A stretch of 64,000 bases of DNA from Alphaproteobacteria bacterium (GCA_965229935.1 CBDDKB010000002.1:637213-701212), one strand, 5' to 3'; counted from the first letter of the stretch, positions 37,985-49,824 are shown. Notes: generated by a model from the letters alone, not told the origin. Numbers and translations: made by a program.

Positions 37985-39511
37985 TTGGGGCTGGTGTCGT
38001 TGAGTGAAGTTCTTGAACAATTAAGCCTGTGGCTGAACGCCAATGAAGGCGTGCTGGAAGGCATTGCCGTGATGATCGCTGTCATCGCGATTGTGATGCC
38101 GCGCTTTGGCTTGCGTATGTTTCGGCAGAACAACACACCGGATCTTAGCAAGGTTGACCCTCGTAACCTGCCTGTTCACCCTGCGTATTTGGCGGCCTAT
38201 ACAGGTGTGATGGACAAGCCTGAAGGGGCGAGCGTTTTTGCGCCCAAATTTGGTAAGGGCAAAAAGGCGGAGGCAGGCCAATCCGGCATTGCTGACGAGT
38301 TGGTGGAGCCTATGGGCCGCCCAGTCATCGCTGTGTTCGCCCCCGAATGCCCACCGGGCTTGGAATCGCGTGCAGACTTTCAGGGGCTTGCGGCTATTTT
38401 GGCCGAAGAAATAGCAACCGGCCTTGATGCAATTCAATCTTATGATGTGATTGCCGGGCGTGTGACGCGCGGCTTTACTGGGCATGTCTCTGACCTTGGG
38501 GCCCGTTATTTGGTCGAAGGGTCATTGCGTGAGGGCGCGCTTGAAGACGGTGCCCAATCAATACGCCTGATATTGCGTCTGGTGGATGTCGGCTCTGGCC
38601 GTCATATATGGTCGAACCGCTATACCCTTGCTGCCGAAGAATTTTATGCGCAGGAAGACGAGCTTGTCGCCCAAGTCACGGCGGCTGTGTTTGAGCGCAT
38701 GCAGGAGGCTGAGGCAGAGCGTGCCAGCAGGTCGGACCCTGACAGATTGGACGCCTGGTCCCTATCTGTTTTGGCGTTCTCTTCCGTCGCCGGGACGGAC
38801 CATACGGGAAAATTGAATGCTGAGGCCTTGGCCCGCAAGGCGGTGGAGCAGGAGCCGGAGTCGGGCTATGCCCACGCTGTTCTTGCGGCAACCTTGGTGC
38901 AAAAGCTGGGGTTTGATCGTGCAAAGTTCGATCCCAAGGATATCGAAGATATTCGCCACGCCGTTTCTGCCGCGCGGGTCTTTTCTTCCAATGATTCCCT
39001 TGTGCTTTCCATCATCGGGTTTGTGCTGACAAATCTGGGTGATTATGGCGAGGCGCAAGATATTCTTGAACGGTCGATTGAGTTGAACCCCTCCAACGCG
39101 CGTGGCTGGGCGGGGCTTGGCCGTGCCTTGCGTAACCAAGGGCGCGTCGATGAAGCCGTAACCAAGCTTGAACGGGCGTTGCGTTTGGCGCCCCGCGATT
39201 CTCTAGCTTTCCTTTGGTGGTACTGGATCGGCACTTGCTATCTGGTCCAGAAGGATTTTTCAGCCGCGATTGAAGCATGCCGCCATGTGATTGCAATTAA
39301 CCGCAATATGTTCTGGGCCTGGTTGGCGCTGGCAGCAGCTTTGGCGCAGCAGGGCCGTCAGGTTGAGGCTGAAGATGCACTGCGTGAGGCGCTGTCACTG
39401 AATAGCGACGTGAACCTTGGTAATATTGATCTGTGGATCGAAGATTCGATGGGCAAGACCGTTGATTCGTCCAACTTCAAAGACGGGCTGATCAAAGCCG
39501 GGTTAAAGTAG
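37985..39511 (+). CDS. Membrane-anchored TPR-repeat protein.
   Basis: One N-terminal TM (GIAVMIAVIAIVM), a middle region resembling TolB-N-like modules, and C-terminal TPRs (NPSNARGWAGLGRALRNQGRVDEA). Non-ATG start in the track. Confidence 0.5.
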   Translation: MGLVSLSEVLEQLSLWLNANEGVLEGIAVMIAVIAIVMPRFGLRMFRQNNTPDLSKVDPRNLPVHPAYLAAYTGVMDKPEGASVFAPKFGKGKKAEAGQSGIADELVEPMGRPVIAVFAPECPPGLESRADFQGLAAILAEEIATGLDAIQSYDVIAGRVTRGFTGHVSDLGARYLVEGSLREGALEDGAQSIRLILRLVDVGSGRHIWSNRYTLAAEEFYAQEDELVAQVTAAVFERMQEAEAERASRSDPDRLDAWSLSVLAFSSVAGTDHTGKLNAEALARKAVEQEPESGYAHAVLAATLVQKLGFDRAKFDPKDIEDIRHAVSAARVFSSNDSLVLSIIGFVLTNLGDYGEAQDILERSIELNPSNARGWAGLGRALRNQGRVDEAVTKLERALRLAPRDSLAFLWWYWIGTCYLVQKDFSAAIEACRHVIAINRNMFWAWLALAAALAQQGRQVEAEDALREALSLNSDVNLGNIDLWIEDSMGKTVDSSNFKDGLIKAGLK

Positions 39512-39525
39512 CCGGACTGATCAGG

Positions 39526-39987
39526 CTAAGTCGACGCCTTGGCCGAGATGCGATCCTGCGCAGCCTTTGTTTCTTCTCGTTTGACGCCGATACTGTCGGC
39601 TATACGTCCGATCAGGGATGCTTCAAACGGATCAAGCGAGCTGTCAGCATAGGCCACCTCCCACAACATTTCGACAATGTTGACCCGGTCTTCCGGCGGG
39701 AAACCGCTTCTGATTTTTTCGCGGAACATCCAATCGTCCCATGCCTCTTCTTGTTCATGGGCAGCCTGATCGATCAACGCGTCAGCATCCTGATCAGACA
39801 GCTCAAACCGTTCCCTGACAATGCGCACAATAGTCTGGCGTTCATCCTCGTCAAAGCTGGTGTCTTGCCGTGCCAGTTCGATCAGCAAGGCTGCCGCTGC
39901 GATTTGCACACGGTCAAAGCCATGTTCTGTTTGCGGCGCTTGGGGGCGGGCATCCAGAAATTCCAAAAATCTGGTCAAGATCGACAT
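39526..39987 (-). CDS. TerB-family (tellurite-resistance-like, COG4103) protein.
   Basis: MSILTRFLEFL...AAAALLIELARQDTSFDEDERQTIVRIV...MLWEVAYADSSLDPFEASLIGRIADSIGV. Start at 39987; the longer track ORF is unsupported. Confidence 0.6.
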   Translation of the reverse strand: MSILTRFLEFLDARPQAPQTEHGFDRVQIAAAALLIELARQDTSFDEDERQTIVRIVRERFELSDQDADALIDQAAHEQEEAWDDWMFREKIRSGFPPEDRVNIVEMLWEVAYADSSLDPFEASLIGRIADSIGVKREETKAAQDRISAKAST

Positions 39988-40201
39988 GGCGTTTCCTGTT
40001 CTGACTTGGCGGCAGCAAACTGACTGACGCGGGTTTGTTCTATTTATCAGATAGGGATTGTCCGAAAAATGTAAAGGTCGAATCGGGCTTTCCCTTTGCC
40101 TAAAACCTTGCCAGCACATATGATCGGGCACAAATGAATTGTCGGCGGTGGGTTCTGGGTAGGGCTCGCGCCAATTTCGTCGTGAAAAAGGGAGTGGACC
40201 T

Positions 40202-41038
40202 ATGAAACGAGGAATTTTAATCGGTGGTGGCGCCGTCGTGGCGGCCATTGTTATTGCGGCTGTCGTGTTGTTGGCTGGCCTTGATACAATCATCAAAAAT
40301 GCCATTGAATCCTATGGCCCCGACATGACCCAATCAGATGTCAGCGTGGATGAGGTGTCGGTCTCCTCCAGCGGCGAAGGGTCGATCAAGGGCATGTCGG
40401 TAGATAACCCTGAGGGCTTTGAGTCCCAAAAGGCATTTAGCCTTGGCAGTATTGAGCTGGCGCTTGATACGGCAACCGTTACCGAAGATGTTATTACGAT
40501 TAAGTCGATCGCAATTCGTCAGCCAAGTATCACTTATGAGATTCAAAAGGGTGGGCGGACCAATTTCGATGCCTTGATGGAAAATGTGAATGCCTATGTA
40601 GAGGCTTTGACAGGCGGCGCAGGCGATGATGGTGCTGGCGATACATCAGGTGAAACGGCGGAAGCAGAAGGTGAAGGTAAGAAATTTATTATCGAAGACT
40701 TCTTGCTTGAAGGCGGCGAGGTTGCCGTAGTGGCCCAAGGTTTGGGCCTTGGCGAAATTTCAGCCAGCCTGCCACGTATTCACATGACCAATATCGGCAA
40801 GAACAAGGGCGGTGCCGATGCTGGCGAAATTGTTCAGATCGTTCTGGCCAAAGTGCAAAATGGGGCCTTGGGCGCCATGCAGGCGCTGGATATCAATCAG
40901 CTGAACAACCTGTTGAAAGACCCGAAAGCACTGCTTGATAAGGGCCTAGACGCCCTGAATGTAAGGGGCGAAAAAGGACAAGCGGTAAGGGATGCCGAAA
41001 AGGCCTATAAGGGCTTTAAGTCCATGTTCGGCAAATAG
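40202..41038 (+). CDS. Hypothetical membrane-anchored protein (AsmA/DUF748-like N-terminal features).
   Basis: A single N-terminal TM, then repeated beta-rich segments and an acidic G/A/D/E linker. Confidence 0.4.
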   Translation: MKRGILIGGGAVVAAIVIAAVVLLAGLDTIIKNAIESYGPDMTQSDVSVDEVSVSSSGEGSIKGMSVDNPEGFESQKAFSLGSIELALDTATVTEDVITIKSIAIRQPSITYEIQKGGRTNFDALMENVNAYVEALTGGAGDDGAGDTSGETAEAEGEGKKFIIEDFLLEGGEVAVVAQGLGLGEISASLPRIHMTNIGKNKGGADAGEIVQIVLAKVQNGALGAMQALDINQLNNLLKDPKALLDKGLDALNVRGEKGQAVRDAEKAYKGFKSMFGK

Positions 41039-41047
41039 GCCAAATTT

Positions 41048-41079
41048 GCCGCCGCCATCCTGTCCACAGCGGCGGCGGC
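41048..41079 (+). terminator. Stem-loop after the 40202-41038 gene.
   Basis: GCCGCCGCC-N14-GGCGGCGGC followed by TTGCTGTC, which is a weak T-run. Confidence 0.4.
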
Positions 41080-41239
41080 TTGCTGTCATATGATGGTCAT
41101 TTAATTTGCTGCAAAGCAACATTTCCCCTTGCAATTGATAGGGCAAGGGTGCCAAATGCCGTTTCGACATGACGCTGGGTCAACTGGTTGGTTCGACTGC
41201 AGCTTTGCCCCCCAATTCAAGGCGTGAGGAGCGCTTAAC

Positions 41240-42166
41240 ATGTCAGCACAACCTACTGATAAAAAGGCGAAATCGGCTTCAGGCCGTCGCACGACAATCA
41301 CGCAGATCAAGGGCCGCAAAGGCGGTGACCCGATTGTTTGTTTGACGGCTTATTCTGCGCCTATGGCGCGCCTGGTTGATGCCCATGCGGATCTGATTTT
41401 GGTGGGCGATTCATTGGGCATGGTGGTGCATGGGCTGGACAGTACTGTGCCTGTCACGCGTGACATGATGATTATGCATGGCAAGGCGGTTATGCGCGGT
41501 ACTGAAAAGGCCTGCGTGATTGTGGATATGCCCTTTGGTTCCTATGAAGAAAGCAAGGAAGCAGCCTATCGCAACGCTGCTGAAATCATGCAGCGGACCC
41601 GGTGTACTGGCATCAAGCTTGAAGGTGGGCAATCCATGGCTGACACGATTGCCTTTCTAACCGAACGGGGCATTCCTGTGATGGGCCACATTGGCTTGCA
41701 GCCGCAATCTGTGAATGCGCGGGGCGGCTATCAGGCAGCAGGCCGCAGCCGTAGCGAGTGGGGCGCCATTTTGGCAGATGCCCTCGCCGTTCAGGAGGCG
41801 GGTGCTTTTGCAGTCGTAATCGAAGGCGTGGCAGCGCCTTTGGCTGACAAACTAACGCGAGAGCTTGAGATTCCGACAATCGGCATTGGCGCGTCTGCCA
41901 ATTGCGATGGGCAGATTCTGGTGCTGGATGATATGCTGGGATTGGGTGAGCGAGTTCCCAAATTTGTTAAGAAATATGCCGATTTGGCCGGCGTCATCGA
42001 TGACGCTATCGCCACCTATGCCGCCGAAGTGAAGGACCGCAGCTTCCCAGCAGAAGAGCACACCTATAAGATGCGCGAAGGCGATAAGGTGGAGCCTGCC
42101 GCCGCCAAAACCAAGGCGAAACCGGTAGAAGATGTGCCGTGGCTGTCATTGGTCGCTGAAGACTAA
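41240..42166 (+). CDS. panB: 3-methyl-2-oxobutanoate hydroxymethyltransferase.
   Basis: [13 protein letters not shown]...[13 protein letters not shown]...VVDMPFGSY...GIKLEGG...GHIGLQPQS. Confidence 0.9.
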   Translation: MSAQPTDKKAKSASGRRTTITQIKGRKGGDPIVCLTAYSAPMARLVDAHADLILVGDSLGMVVHGLDSTVPVTRDMMIMHGKAVMRGTEKACVIVDMPFGSYEESKEAAYRNAAEIMQRTRCTGIKLEGGQSMADTIAFLTERGIPVMGHIGLQPQSVNARGGYQAAGRSRSEWGAILADALAVQEAGAFAVVIEGVAAPLADKLTRELEIPTIGIGASANCDGQILVLDDMLGLGERVPKFVKKYADLAGVIDDAIATYAAEVKDRSFPAEEHTYKMREGDKVEPAAAKTKAKPVEDVPWLSLVAED

Positions 42167-42199
42167 AGGGCGCCCTGAGGCAGTAAGTGGCGGTAAGCG

Positions 42200-42228
42200 G
42201 CGATAAGGGCGCTTATCTCGCTTTTTTC
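42200..42228 (+). terminator. Probable rho-independent terminator of panB.
   Basis: GATAAG-GGCG-CTTATC hairpin followed by CTTTTTT. Confidence 0.45.
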
Positions 42229-42354
42229 GCGTGATTTAGGGTGGCAACAGCGCCAAGATTCTGCCATATCCTTAGAGAATAGTCAGGTTGCGTCCGTGCA
42301 AAAGCATGTGGCGCAACACTTCACATTTGGCAATTGGGCTTTGGAGGCCTCTAC

Positions 42355-43080
42355 GTGTCCGATATTTTTCAAGAGGTTGAGGAAGAGCTGCGTCAGGATC
42401 AGATGCGGGTTCTTTGGCAACGCTATGGCGCCTATGTCATTGGCGCGGCTGTCGCCATTGTGGTGGCAACGTTCGGTAACCAGCTTTGGCAGGGCTATGT
42501 TGCGGGGAAGAATGACAGCGCATCTGCTGCATTCGCAACCGCGGCCGCATCTGCTGCGTCCGGTGATATGTCAGCCTATGATGCGTTGATTGATGGCAAC
42601 CATGCGGGCTACGCAGCCCTTGCCGGATTTTCCAAGGCGGATGTTTTGATGGCCGAAGGCGACCGTGCCGGCGCTATCGCAATTCTTGATAATATTGCTG
42701 GCAAGTCTGGCCTGCCTTGGTCCTTGCGCGATCTTGCCGGTTTGAAGGCTGCTTTGGCATCGATGGAAACCGGGTCAGCAGACGATGTGGCTATCCGTTT
42801 GGCGCCTTTGTTGGGTGATGATCGGCCTTATCGGCATGCAGCGACAGAGGCTGCTGCTGTGAATGCCTATCGCAGTGATGATACTGATAAGGCTCGAAAA
42901 CTGTTTGCGTCTCTGGCCGGTGATTTTGAAGCCCCCCAAAGTATCCGCGCCCGTGCGGCTGAAATGTTGCTCATACTTGGTCCGGCCCCAGAAGATGTGG
43001 CTGTAGATGCAGCCCCTGCTGGGGCGGACGACAGCGCCAGTGGCCCTGCCAGTGGCATTGATAGTGATGGGGCAGAATGA
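42355..43080 (+). CDS. YfgM-like tetratricopeptide membrane protein.
   Basis: VSDIFQEVEEELRQDQ N-terminus, one TM and a TPR-like C-terminus. GTG at 42355 lies 7 nt after GGAGG. Conserved position upstream of bamB-der. Confidence 0.55.
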   Translation: MSDIFQEVEEELRQDQMRVLWQRYGAYVIGAAVAIVVATFGNQLWQGYVAGKNDSASAAFATAAASAASGDMSAYDALIDGNHAGYAALAGFSKADVLMAEGDRAGAIAILDNIAGKSGLPWSLRDLAGLKAALASMETGSADDVAIRLAPLLGDDRPYRHAATEAAAVNAYRSDDTDKARKLFASLAGDFEAPQSIRARAAEMLLILGPAPEDVAVDAAPAGADDSASGPASGIDSDGAE

Positions 43081-44426
43081 AGATGATGACCCAATTGATA
43101 CAATTAAAGCAAAAGGCTGCTTGGCTGGGATTGGCCGGGCTGTTGGCGCTGACCGCCTGTGCCGAAGACGAACAGCCCCTAACACCCGGACAGTTGACAG
43201 GTGAGCGGATTTCCGTTCTGGCCTTTGAAAGTAAGATTGAAGCTGACCCGCGCATTCAGTCTGTCAAAGTCAGCTTGCCTGCCCCCTATGTGAACGAGGC
43301 ATGGCCCACTGCTGGCGGCTATCCGTCCCATGCGATGCATCATTTGTCATTGCCTGGGCCGTTGCGCAAACAATGGAAAGCGACCATCGGTGTCGGGTCA
43401 TGGGATTTCGGTCAACTTTTGGCCCCGCCCATCATCGTCGGTTCTATCGTGTTTGCGATGGATGCAGAAGGGCGTGTGTCCGCGCTCGACCTATCTGACG
43501 GCAGTGTCTATTGGACCATGAACCTGTCGCGCAAGGGTGAACAGGCGGATGAAAATTTCGGCGGCGGTATGGCCTATGACAATGGTCGGCTGTTCGTCAG
43601 CACTGGCCTTGGCCGTGTTGTGGCGATTGACCCGCTGCGGGCACAGGTGATCTGGGAACAGGATTTCAAACTACCATTCCGGGCAGCACCAAGTGCGTCT
43701 GACGGGCGTGTGTTTGTCATTACCCATGACAACCAGCTATTCGCACTGGATTCGACCACTGGTGAAACACTGTGGGACCATCAAGTTATTGTTGAAGGTG
43801 CAGGCCTGCTGGGCAACTCAAGCCCGGCTGTTCAGGATGATACGCTGGTTGCACCCTTTACCTCTGGCGAGTTGGTGGCGATACGCGTCCAGAACGGCCG
43901 TGTTGCATGGCAGGATATCTTGACCCGCACAGGACGTTTAACATCCCTTTCCACTCTGTCCGACATTGCCGGTCGTCCTGTGATCGACCGTGGCCGGGTC
44001 TTTGCTGTCAGCCATTCAGGCCGGATGGTTTCTATCGACCTGACAACGGGTGAACGTGTTTGGACGCGAAACATTGCTTCCACCCAGACACCTTGGATCG
44101 CCGGGGATTATGTCTATGTCGTGACGTCTGAGGCTGAGGTGGTTTGCCTGAACTGGTCTGACGGTCGCGTGCGGTGGGTAACCAGCCTTGATCGTTGGGA
44201 AGACCCGGAAGACCAGGACGGTTTGATTGTTTGGTCAGGCCCGGTATTGGGTAGCGATCGGTTGATTGTCGCTTCCAGCACTGGTGAGCTTGTTGCCCTG
44301 TCACCTTATACAGGTGCTAAACTGGGAACGCTCGATACTGACAATGGGACCTATGTGCCGCCGATTGTTGCGCAGGGCATGTTGTTGGTTCTTGATGAAG
44401 AGGGTGACTTGACCGCCTATCGCTAG
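43077..44426 (+). CDS. bamB: Outer-membrane assembly lipoprotein BamB (PQQ-like beta-propeller).
   Basis: Lipobox LALTAC and repeated propeller blades ([45 protein letters not shown]). Confidence 0.8.
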   Translation: MKMMTQLIQLKQKAAWLGLAGLLALTACAEDEQPLTPGQLTGERISVLAFESKIEADPRIQSVKVSLPAPYVNEAWPTAGGYPSHAMHHLSLPGPLRKQWKATIGVGSWDFGQLLAPPIIVGSIVFAMDAEGRVSALDLSDGSVYWTMNLSRKGEQADENFGGGMAYDNGRLFVSTGLGRVVAIDPLRAQVIWEQDFKLPFRAAPSASDGRVFVITHDNQLFALDSTTGETLWDHQVIVEGAGLLGNSSPAVQDDTLVAPFTSGELVAIRVQNGRVAWQDILTRTGRLTSLSTLSDIAGRPVIDRGRVFAVSHSGRMVSIDLTTGERVWTRNIASTQTPWIAGDYVYVVTSEAEVVCLNWSDGRVRWVTSLDRWEDPEDQDGLIVWSGPVLGSDRLIVASSTGELVALSPYTGAKLGTLDTDNGTYVPPIVAQGMLLVLDEEGDLTAYR

Positions 44427-44460
44427 GGGTCAGGTCGCGCACGCGCACGCGGATGCGGTT

Positions 44461-45915
44461 ATGAGTTTTAAGCTCGCCATTATTGGCCGACCCAATGTCG
44501 GCAAATCCACATTGTTCAATCGTCTGGTTGGGCGGCGGCTTGCTTTGGTTGATGATCAACCGGGCGTTACCCGTGATCGCCGTGAAGGCGAGGGACGTCT
44601 GCTTGACCTGACCATGACGGTTGTCGATACCGCCGGGCTTGAGGACGCAACAGATGATCGGCTTGAAGCGCGGATGCGGCGACAAACCGAACAGGCAATT
44701 GCGGAGGCAGATGTTTGCCTGTTTCTGATTGATGCCCGTGCCGGTGTTACCCCGCTTGATTCCTATTTTGCTGATCTGCTGCGCAAAAGCCCGACGCCGA
44801 CAATCCTTGTTGCCAATAAATGTGAAGGCAAGGCGGGGGAGCCGGGCCTTTATGAAAGTTACAGCCTTGGCCTTGGTGAGCCATTAGCGCTGTCTGCAGA
44901 ACATGGCGAAGGCATGGGCGATTTGCATGAGGTGTTGTTGCCCTTTGCAGATCTGCGCGGCGAGGAATTGCCTGACGCTGAATTGCCGGATGACGAGTTT
45001 CTGAAAGCAGAAGATGGGTCTGAAATCGCGCTGGCTGGCCTGCGCTATGACAAGCCTTTGCGTATTGCCATTGTTGGGCGGCCCAATGCGGGCAAGTCCA
45101 CCCTGATCAACAAAATCATCGGTGATGATCGGTTGTTGACCGGGCCAGAGGCAGGGATCACTCGCGATTCCATCTCTGTCGAATGGGAATGGCAAAAGAA
45201 TGAAGGGTCCAAGCCGTTTCGCGATCATACTGACCTGCCTGAACGGCGGAACCTGAAACTGTTTGATACAGCAGGTATGCGCAAGCGTGCGCGAGTAAAG
45301 ACAAAGTTGGAGAAGCTGTCGGTCGCTGATGGTTTGCGCGCTGTGCGCTTTGCAGAAATTGTTATTGTGATGATGGATGCGACCATGCCGTTTGAAAAGC
45401 AGGATTTGCATATTGCGGATCTTGTGGCGCGCGAAGGTCGTGGCCTGATCATGGCCCTGAACAAATGGGACCTTGTTGAAGACAAGCAGGCCACATTGCA
45501 CGAGATGCGTCTGAAACTTGGTGAGTTGCTGCCACAAATTAAGGGTGTGCCGATGGTGACCCTATCTGCCCTGACAGGGAAGGGGATTGAACGGCTGATC
45601 CCTGCTGTGCTGTGGGTGGAGCAACAATGGTGCACGCGTGTCGGCACCTCTGCGCTTAATCGTTGGCTGGAGGAAGCTATTGCACGTCATCCGCCGCCAG
45701 CTCCTTCCGGGCGCCGGATCAAGATCCGCTACATGACACAGGTGCGTACACGCCCGCCGACCTTTATTGCCTTTGTCAGCAAGCCTGACGATCTGTCCGA
45801 CAGTTATAAACGCTATATGATTAATGGGCTGCGTGATCGGTTTGGCATTGATGGGGTGCCGATCCGCCTGTTCTTCCGCGGCGGCAGAAATCCCTATGCG
45901 CCGAAGGATAAATAG
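44461..45915 (+). CDS. der: Ribosome-associated GTPase Der/EngA.
   Basis: Two G domains (GRPNVGKST and GRPNAGKST) and a KH-like C-terminus. Confidence 0.95.
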   Translation: MSFKLAIIGRPNVGKSTLFNRLVGRRLALVDDQPGVTRDRREGEGRLLDLTMTVVDTAGLEDATDDRLEARMRRQTEQAIAEADVCLFLIDARAGVTPLDSYFADLLRKSPTPTILVANKCEGKAGEPGLYESYSLGLGEPLALSAEHGEGMGDLHEVLLPFADLRGEELPDAELPDDEFLKAEDGSEIALAGLRYDKPLRIAIVGRPNAGKSTLINKIIGDDRLLTGPEAGITRDSISVEWEWQKNEGSKPFRDHTDLPERRNLKLFDTAGMRKRARVKTKLEKLSVADGLRAVRFAEIVIVMMDATMPFEKQDLHIADLVAREGRGLIMALNKWDLVEDKQATLHEMRLKLGELLPQIKGVPMVTLSALTGKGIERLIPAVLWVEQQWCTRVGTSALNRWLEEAIARHPPPAPSGRRIKIRYMTQVRTRPPTFIAFVSKPDDLSDSYKRYMINGLRDRFGIDGVPIRLFFRGGRNPYAPKDK

Positions 45916-45945
45916 GCGCGGCGGACTTTAGAGTCATACTGTTAA

Positions 45946-47364
45946 TTATTGCGCGGCTGTTTCCGTTTCGCTCTTCACAAGCTCAGCCAAGTCGCGCCCT
46001 GCCTCGATGAAGGGGCGGGGGTCGCGGCTGTTGGGGCCGAACCACACTTCATAATGAAGGTGATTGCCGGTGCTACGTCCTGTTGTGCCTATTGCGCCCA
46101 ATGGCGTGCCGACAGCCACAAGATCGCCGACCTTGACGTCAACGCGGGACAGATGGGCATAGCGTGTCTTCAAACCATAACCATGGCTGATCGCAACAAG
46201 ATTGCCATAGGCACCCTTGGGACCTGCATGGACGACAATACCTTCAGCCGCTGCGATAACAGGAACGCCGCGCTGACCTGCAAGGTCCATACCTGAATGA
46301 AAGGCGCGACGCTTGGTAAAGGCATCGCGGCGATAGCCATAATGGCTGGACATCCAGACACGATTTTCGATTGTTGGAAAGCGAATGGGCAGGGCCATCA
46401 AAATATCGTTAAGCGCGGCCAGCTCTTCAAGTGCGCTTTCATTGTCAGCAAGGGCAGTGCCTGCATTCCAGTTCCGCGCAGGTTCGGAACCCAATACACT
46501 TGAATTCATCGGGGTTGTGTCTGTTGCTGCATCCAACAGGGGGCCACCGACTTGCTGGGTGTTTTTACTCAAATCGCTTTGGGCAAACTGTTTGCTATCA
46601 AGACCAGACGCATTGGCAAACACATCCTCGTCCGCCAAACCTGTTTTGGCCAATATGGCGCGGCGCGCTGCAATCGCCTTTTCAATGGTTTCGTGTAACC
46701 AGATCAGTGCATCAGCCTGATTGGCCTCAACCTGATCAAGGTCGCTCGCAATGTCCGCATCGCGATCAAACTGCCATGAAAGGGCCTGGCCGTTTTGGGT
46801 TTTGTTGGCCGTTGTGACAGGGCCGAACAAAGTTTCAATCTGTTCAATATCCTGATTGAGCAGCATTTGCTGGGTAAGGTCTGTTGCCGCGGTGTCTGAG
46901 TGGGTCGAAACAGTGCCAAGCTGTGTCGCGGTCGGTCGCCAATGCGGGCGCGGTGTGCCAGTTGTTTGTTCTGCAACCAGCGGGCCACCCATAGATGCAT
47001 AGCCGGTGTAGCCGCTTTCCGCAGCTTGGCCTAACATTTGCAAAATCATGTGCCGTTCAAGAATAGGCGGAGCGGCGGGGTCTTCGCTGACTAAAAGGTC
47101 AAGCCGACGCTTTTGGTCTGCAATTGTCATGGCGCGTTGATCAAGATCGATGGCGCGCGCTATGGCCTGGGTTTGTGCCTGTTCAGTCGTAAACTGGCTG
47201 GCAAGTATCTGGCGTGATTGGTTTTCAGGTGTGCTGGCGGTTTGCCAAGCGGCCAAGCCACCAGAGACCGCTGTCCATAAGGCAATGGTCAGGCTTGCGC
47301 GCGCAACGCTGCTTTTCAGCCCCAATTTATGTGTCAGACGAAACGCCAAGCGACACACCTCCAA
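45946..47364 (-). CDS. M23-family metallopeptidase.
   Basis: HSGMDLAG...GNLVAISHGYGLKTRYAHLS...GRSTGNHLHYEV. The start codon is uncertain (TTG in the track). Confidence 0.85.
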   Translation of the reverse strand: MEVCRLAFRLTHKLGLKSSVARASLTIALWTAVSGGLAAWQTASTPENQSRQILASQFTTEQAQTQAIARAIDLDQRAMTIADQKRRLDLLVSEDPAAPPILERHMILQMLGQAAESGYTGYASMGGPLVAEQTTGTPRPHWRPTATQLGTVSTHSDTAATDLTQQMLLNQDIEQIETLFGPVTTANKTQNGQALSWQFDRDADIASDLDQVEANQADALIWLHETIEKAIAARRAILAKTGLADEDVFANASGLDSKQFAQSDLSKNTQQVGGPLLDAATDTTPMNSSVLGSEPARNWNAGTALADNESALEELAALNDILMALPIRFPTIENRVWMSSHYGYRRDAFTKRRAFHSGMDLAGQRGVPVIAAAEGIVVHAGPKGAYGNLVAISHGYGLKTRYAHLSRVDVKVGDLVAVGTPLGAIGTTGRSTGNHLHYEVWFGPNSRDPRPFIEAGRDLAELVKSETETAAQ

Positions 47365-47626
47365 TTCTGACTGCTGACCAAATCGACTGCCATTGTTTTG
47401 GCAGGCTTTGTCAGCCCCTCCCGGTTTTGCCCATACTTTTTAAAGTGTGCAGGTCGTCACAAAAATAACGAATTCAAAACCGAATCACCCAAATTTCACT
47501 TTACACAGGCTTAGTGTAGGCTGCTAGGTATCACGTCGATTCTGTGTATAAAAGTCCCTAATTGACGCGCATTGGGGCGATGGGCTGCCAAAATATCCTT
47601 AATAGATCATTTATGGATGAAAATTT

Positions 47627-48427
47627 TTAGTCAGGCGCATAAAGTGTTGCAGGAAAATCCGCAAGTGCGCGAGCGTCGTCATTAAATGGCGGTTTCAGTC
47701 CGCCCCGCATATGTTGAGCAACCTGTTTTTGAAAAAAACTTGCAATATCAATTTGTTGCGCTGCACAATAGTGGGTCAGCCACTTCATCCCTATACGCAC
47801 ATGATTGATTTCATCATTGTAAATTATTGTTAGAAGGGCGGCAGAAGCTGCATCACCATGGGTTTCCAGCCGGGCGACGGTGGGCGGTGTGACATCAAGT
47901 CCTCGTGCCTCATGAACGAGTGGTACAATCGCCAGACGGGCCCCTAAATCATAGCGTGTGTCATAGGCTGCCTGCCACAACCCATCATGGGCAGAAAGTG
48001 CACCATAGCTGCATTCAAGCTCATGCAATCGGTTCTCGAGCATAAGAAAATGCCGTGCTTCGTCATCCAGAACAAACAGCCAATCACTGGTGAATTCAGT
48101 GGGTAAATCAGCGCCAAAGCGCACAATGATATCGGCGGCGAGGTCGATGGCATTCAGCTCAATATGCGCCAGTGCGTGAAGCAGCCCTTGGCGTCCCTTG
48201 AGGCCGCCTGTGCCTCGACGAGGCATCTTGTTGGGCGGAACCAGGGCTGGTTTTTCAGGGCGTGCAGGGCGGTCGGGCGCAATGGCGCTGCCGAATTCTA
48301 AAGACTGCGCGGTGATTTCCTTGAAAACGACACGGGCATGATTGGCCTTTTCCACCGCATTTGCTGTGTCCAACACTTCAAGCAACAGGCTGCTGATGGT
48401 CTTTTTCTGCGTGTTTTCAATGGTCAT
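47627..48427 (-). CDS. DUF455-family ferritin-like (diiron) protein.
   Basis: LLHALAHIELNAIDL, DDEARHF and NDEINHV give an E...ExxH...E...ExxH pattern. Confidence 0.65.
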   Translation of the reverse strand: MTIENTQKKTISSLLLEVLDTANAVEKANHARVVFKEITAQSLEFGSAIAPDRPARPEKPALVPPNKMPRRGTGGLKGRQGLLHALAHIELNAIDLAADIIVRFGADLPTEFTSDWLFVLDDEARHFLMLENRLHELECSYGALSAHDGLWQAAYDTRYDLGARLAIVPLVHEARGLDVTPPTVARLETHGDAASAALLTIIYNDEINHVRIGMKWLTHYCAAQQIDIASFFQKQVAQHMRGGLKPPFNDDARALADFPATLYAPD

Positions 48428-48630
48428 AGCAACGCCATATCAGTCTAGGGCCGATGTGCCAATGGGGCATTGAGTGACGCAAGGTGCCTGTGCCTGCCCA
48501 CATTTCGATTTTGAAAGAAAGTTGACACCCGTGTCAGGGGGCGTAAGCTTTTAATGCTGCACCTGCACAATTACTGTTGGGTAGGAATTTTAGGCGATTA
48601 ACAGGTCAACAAATAGACCGGGAGGAAACA

Positions 48631-49824
48631 ATGCCAACATTTCAAGAGTGGATGAATTTTGCCAAGGCAACGGTTCGTGATCAGCGCTTTGCTATAAAAC
48701 GGGCGATTCAATTGAACAATCCTATTCAGGATCGGTTTATGAAGGACCCTGCCTATGAGGCGAATAATCCTGATCATTTTGTCCCGCTGATCGAAGTTGA
48801 TCGCTATAAAACGCGCACACCGCATTTTGACAAAATCATCTCGGCGACCCACAGCCATTTTTGGGATCCGTTTGACGAAGACTATATCGACTATACAGAA
48901 CCGTTCGATATGGAAAACGAGATGATGGTCGAACCCGACGTGTTTGCCATTGAGTTGCGCGTGCCTGCCATTGCAGACCGACTGGATGACAAACAAAAGG
49001 TCAAGTTTGTGAACGAGAGTTTGCGCTGGACCTTGTCGAATATTCTACATGGTGAACAGGGCGCTTTGAGCCTGTCTGCATCATTGTGCCATGTGTTGAA
49101 GGACCCCGGTGCGCAGGAATATGCAGCCAATCAGGCACGGGAAGAGGGGCGCCACGTTGCAGGCTTTGCCCGCTATATTGAGGCGCGATGGGGTGATCCC
49201 TTGCCCGCTTCTGACACGCTTGCCCGTGTGTTGGATGACATTGTGACATCACCCATTGTTTATAAAAAGATTGTTGGGATGCAGATGCTGGTCGAAGGGC
49301 TCGCCATGGGTGCCTTTGCCATGATTTTTGCAGATACGAAAGACCCGCTGTTGCGTAACCTTATTCAGCTCGTCATGACGGATGAAGCATTCCATCACAA
49401 GTTCGGTAAAATCTGGGCAGACAAAACAATCCCGCATTTGTCAGAGCGTGAGCGCGAGAAAGTCGAAGACTGGGCCGTCGATGTGTTCCAGGATCTGCTG
49501 TTTAACCTTGTCAATCCGGCGCAGAAGAAACTGGTCTATCAATCTGTTGGTTTGGATTGGCGCTGGGTGCAAAAAACACTGCTGACAGAGTTGAATCAGA
49601 ATGATGTGATGATCGAAGAAATGCGGAAGGACAATAATATCTTCCGCGTGTTGATCAAAACCATGTTGAAGGCCGGTATCATCACGGACCGCACGCGCAA
49701 CATCTATGCCCAGTGGGTTGATATGGAAGAGCTGCGGGATGAAAGCGATGAAATGGTCGGTGATGCCATCGCAGAAGAAGGCATCAAGCGTATTGAAAAA
49801 ATCAATTTCAACAAGGCTGCTTAA
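48631..49824 (+). CDS. Ferritin-like diiron-carboxylate protein (AurF/diiron-oxygenase-like).
   Basis: GEQGAL, REEGRH, LVEGLAMG and TDEAFHH motifs. ATG at 48631 follows GGAGGA. Confidence 0.55.
   Translation: MPTFQEWMNFAKATVRDQRFAIKRAIQLNNPIQDRFMKDPAYEANNPDHFVPLIEVDRYKTRTPHFDKIISATHSHFWDPFDEDYIDYTEPFDMENEMMVEPDVFAIELRVPAIADRLDDKQKVKFVNESLRWTLSNILHGEQGALSLSASLCHVLKDPGAQEYAANQAREEGRHVAGFARYIEARWGDPLPASDTLARVLDDIVTSPIVYKKIVGMQMLVEGLAMGAFAMIFADTKDPLLRNLIQLVMTDEAFHHKFGKIWADKTIPHLSEREREKVEDWAVDVFQDLLFNLVNPAQKKLVYQSVGLDWRWVQKTLLTELNQNDVMIEEMRKDNNIFRVLIKTMLKAGIITDRTRNIYAQWVDMEELRDESDEMVGDAIAEEGIKRIEKINFNKAA

Noticed and set aside
39988-40305. Upstream extension of the TerB-like ORF (track start 40305).
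   Set aside because: The extension is compositionally odd, overlaps the start of the divergent 40202 gene and has no homology-like features. The conserved TerB N-terminus begins at the ATG at 39987.
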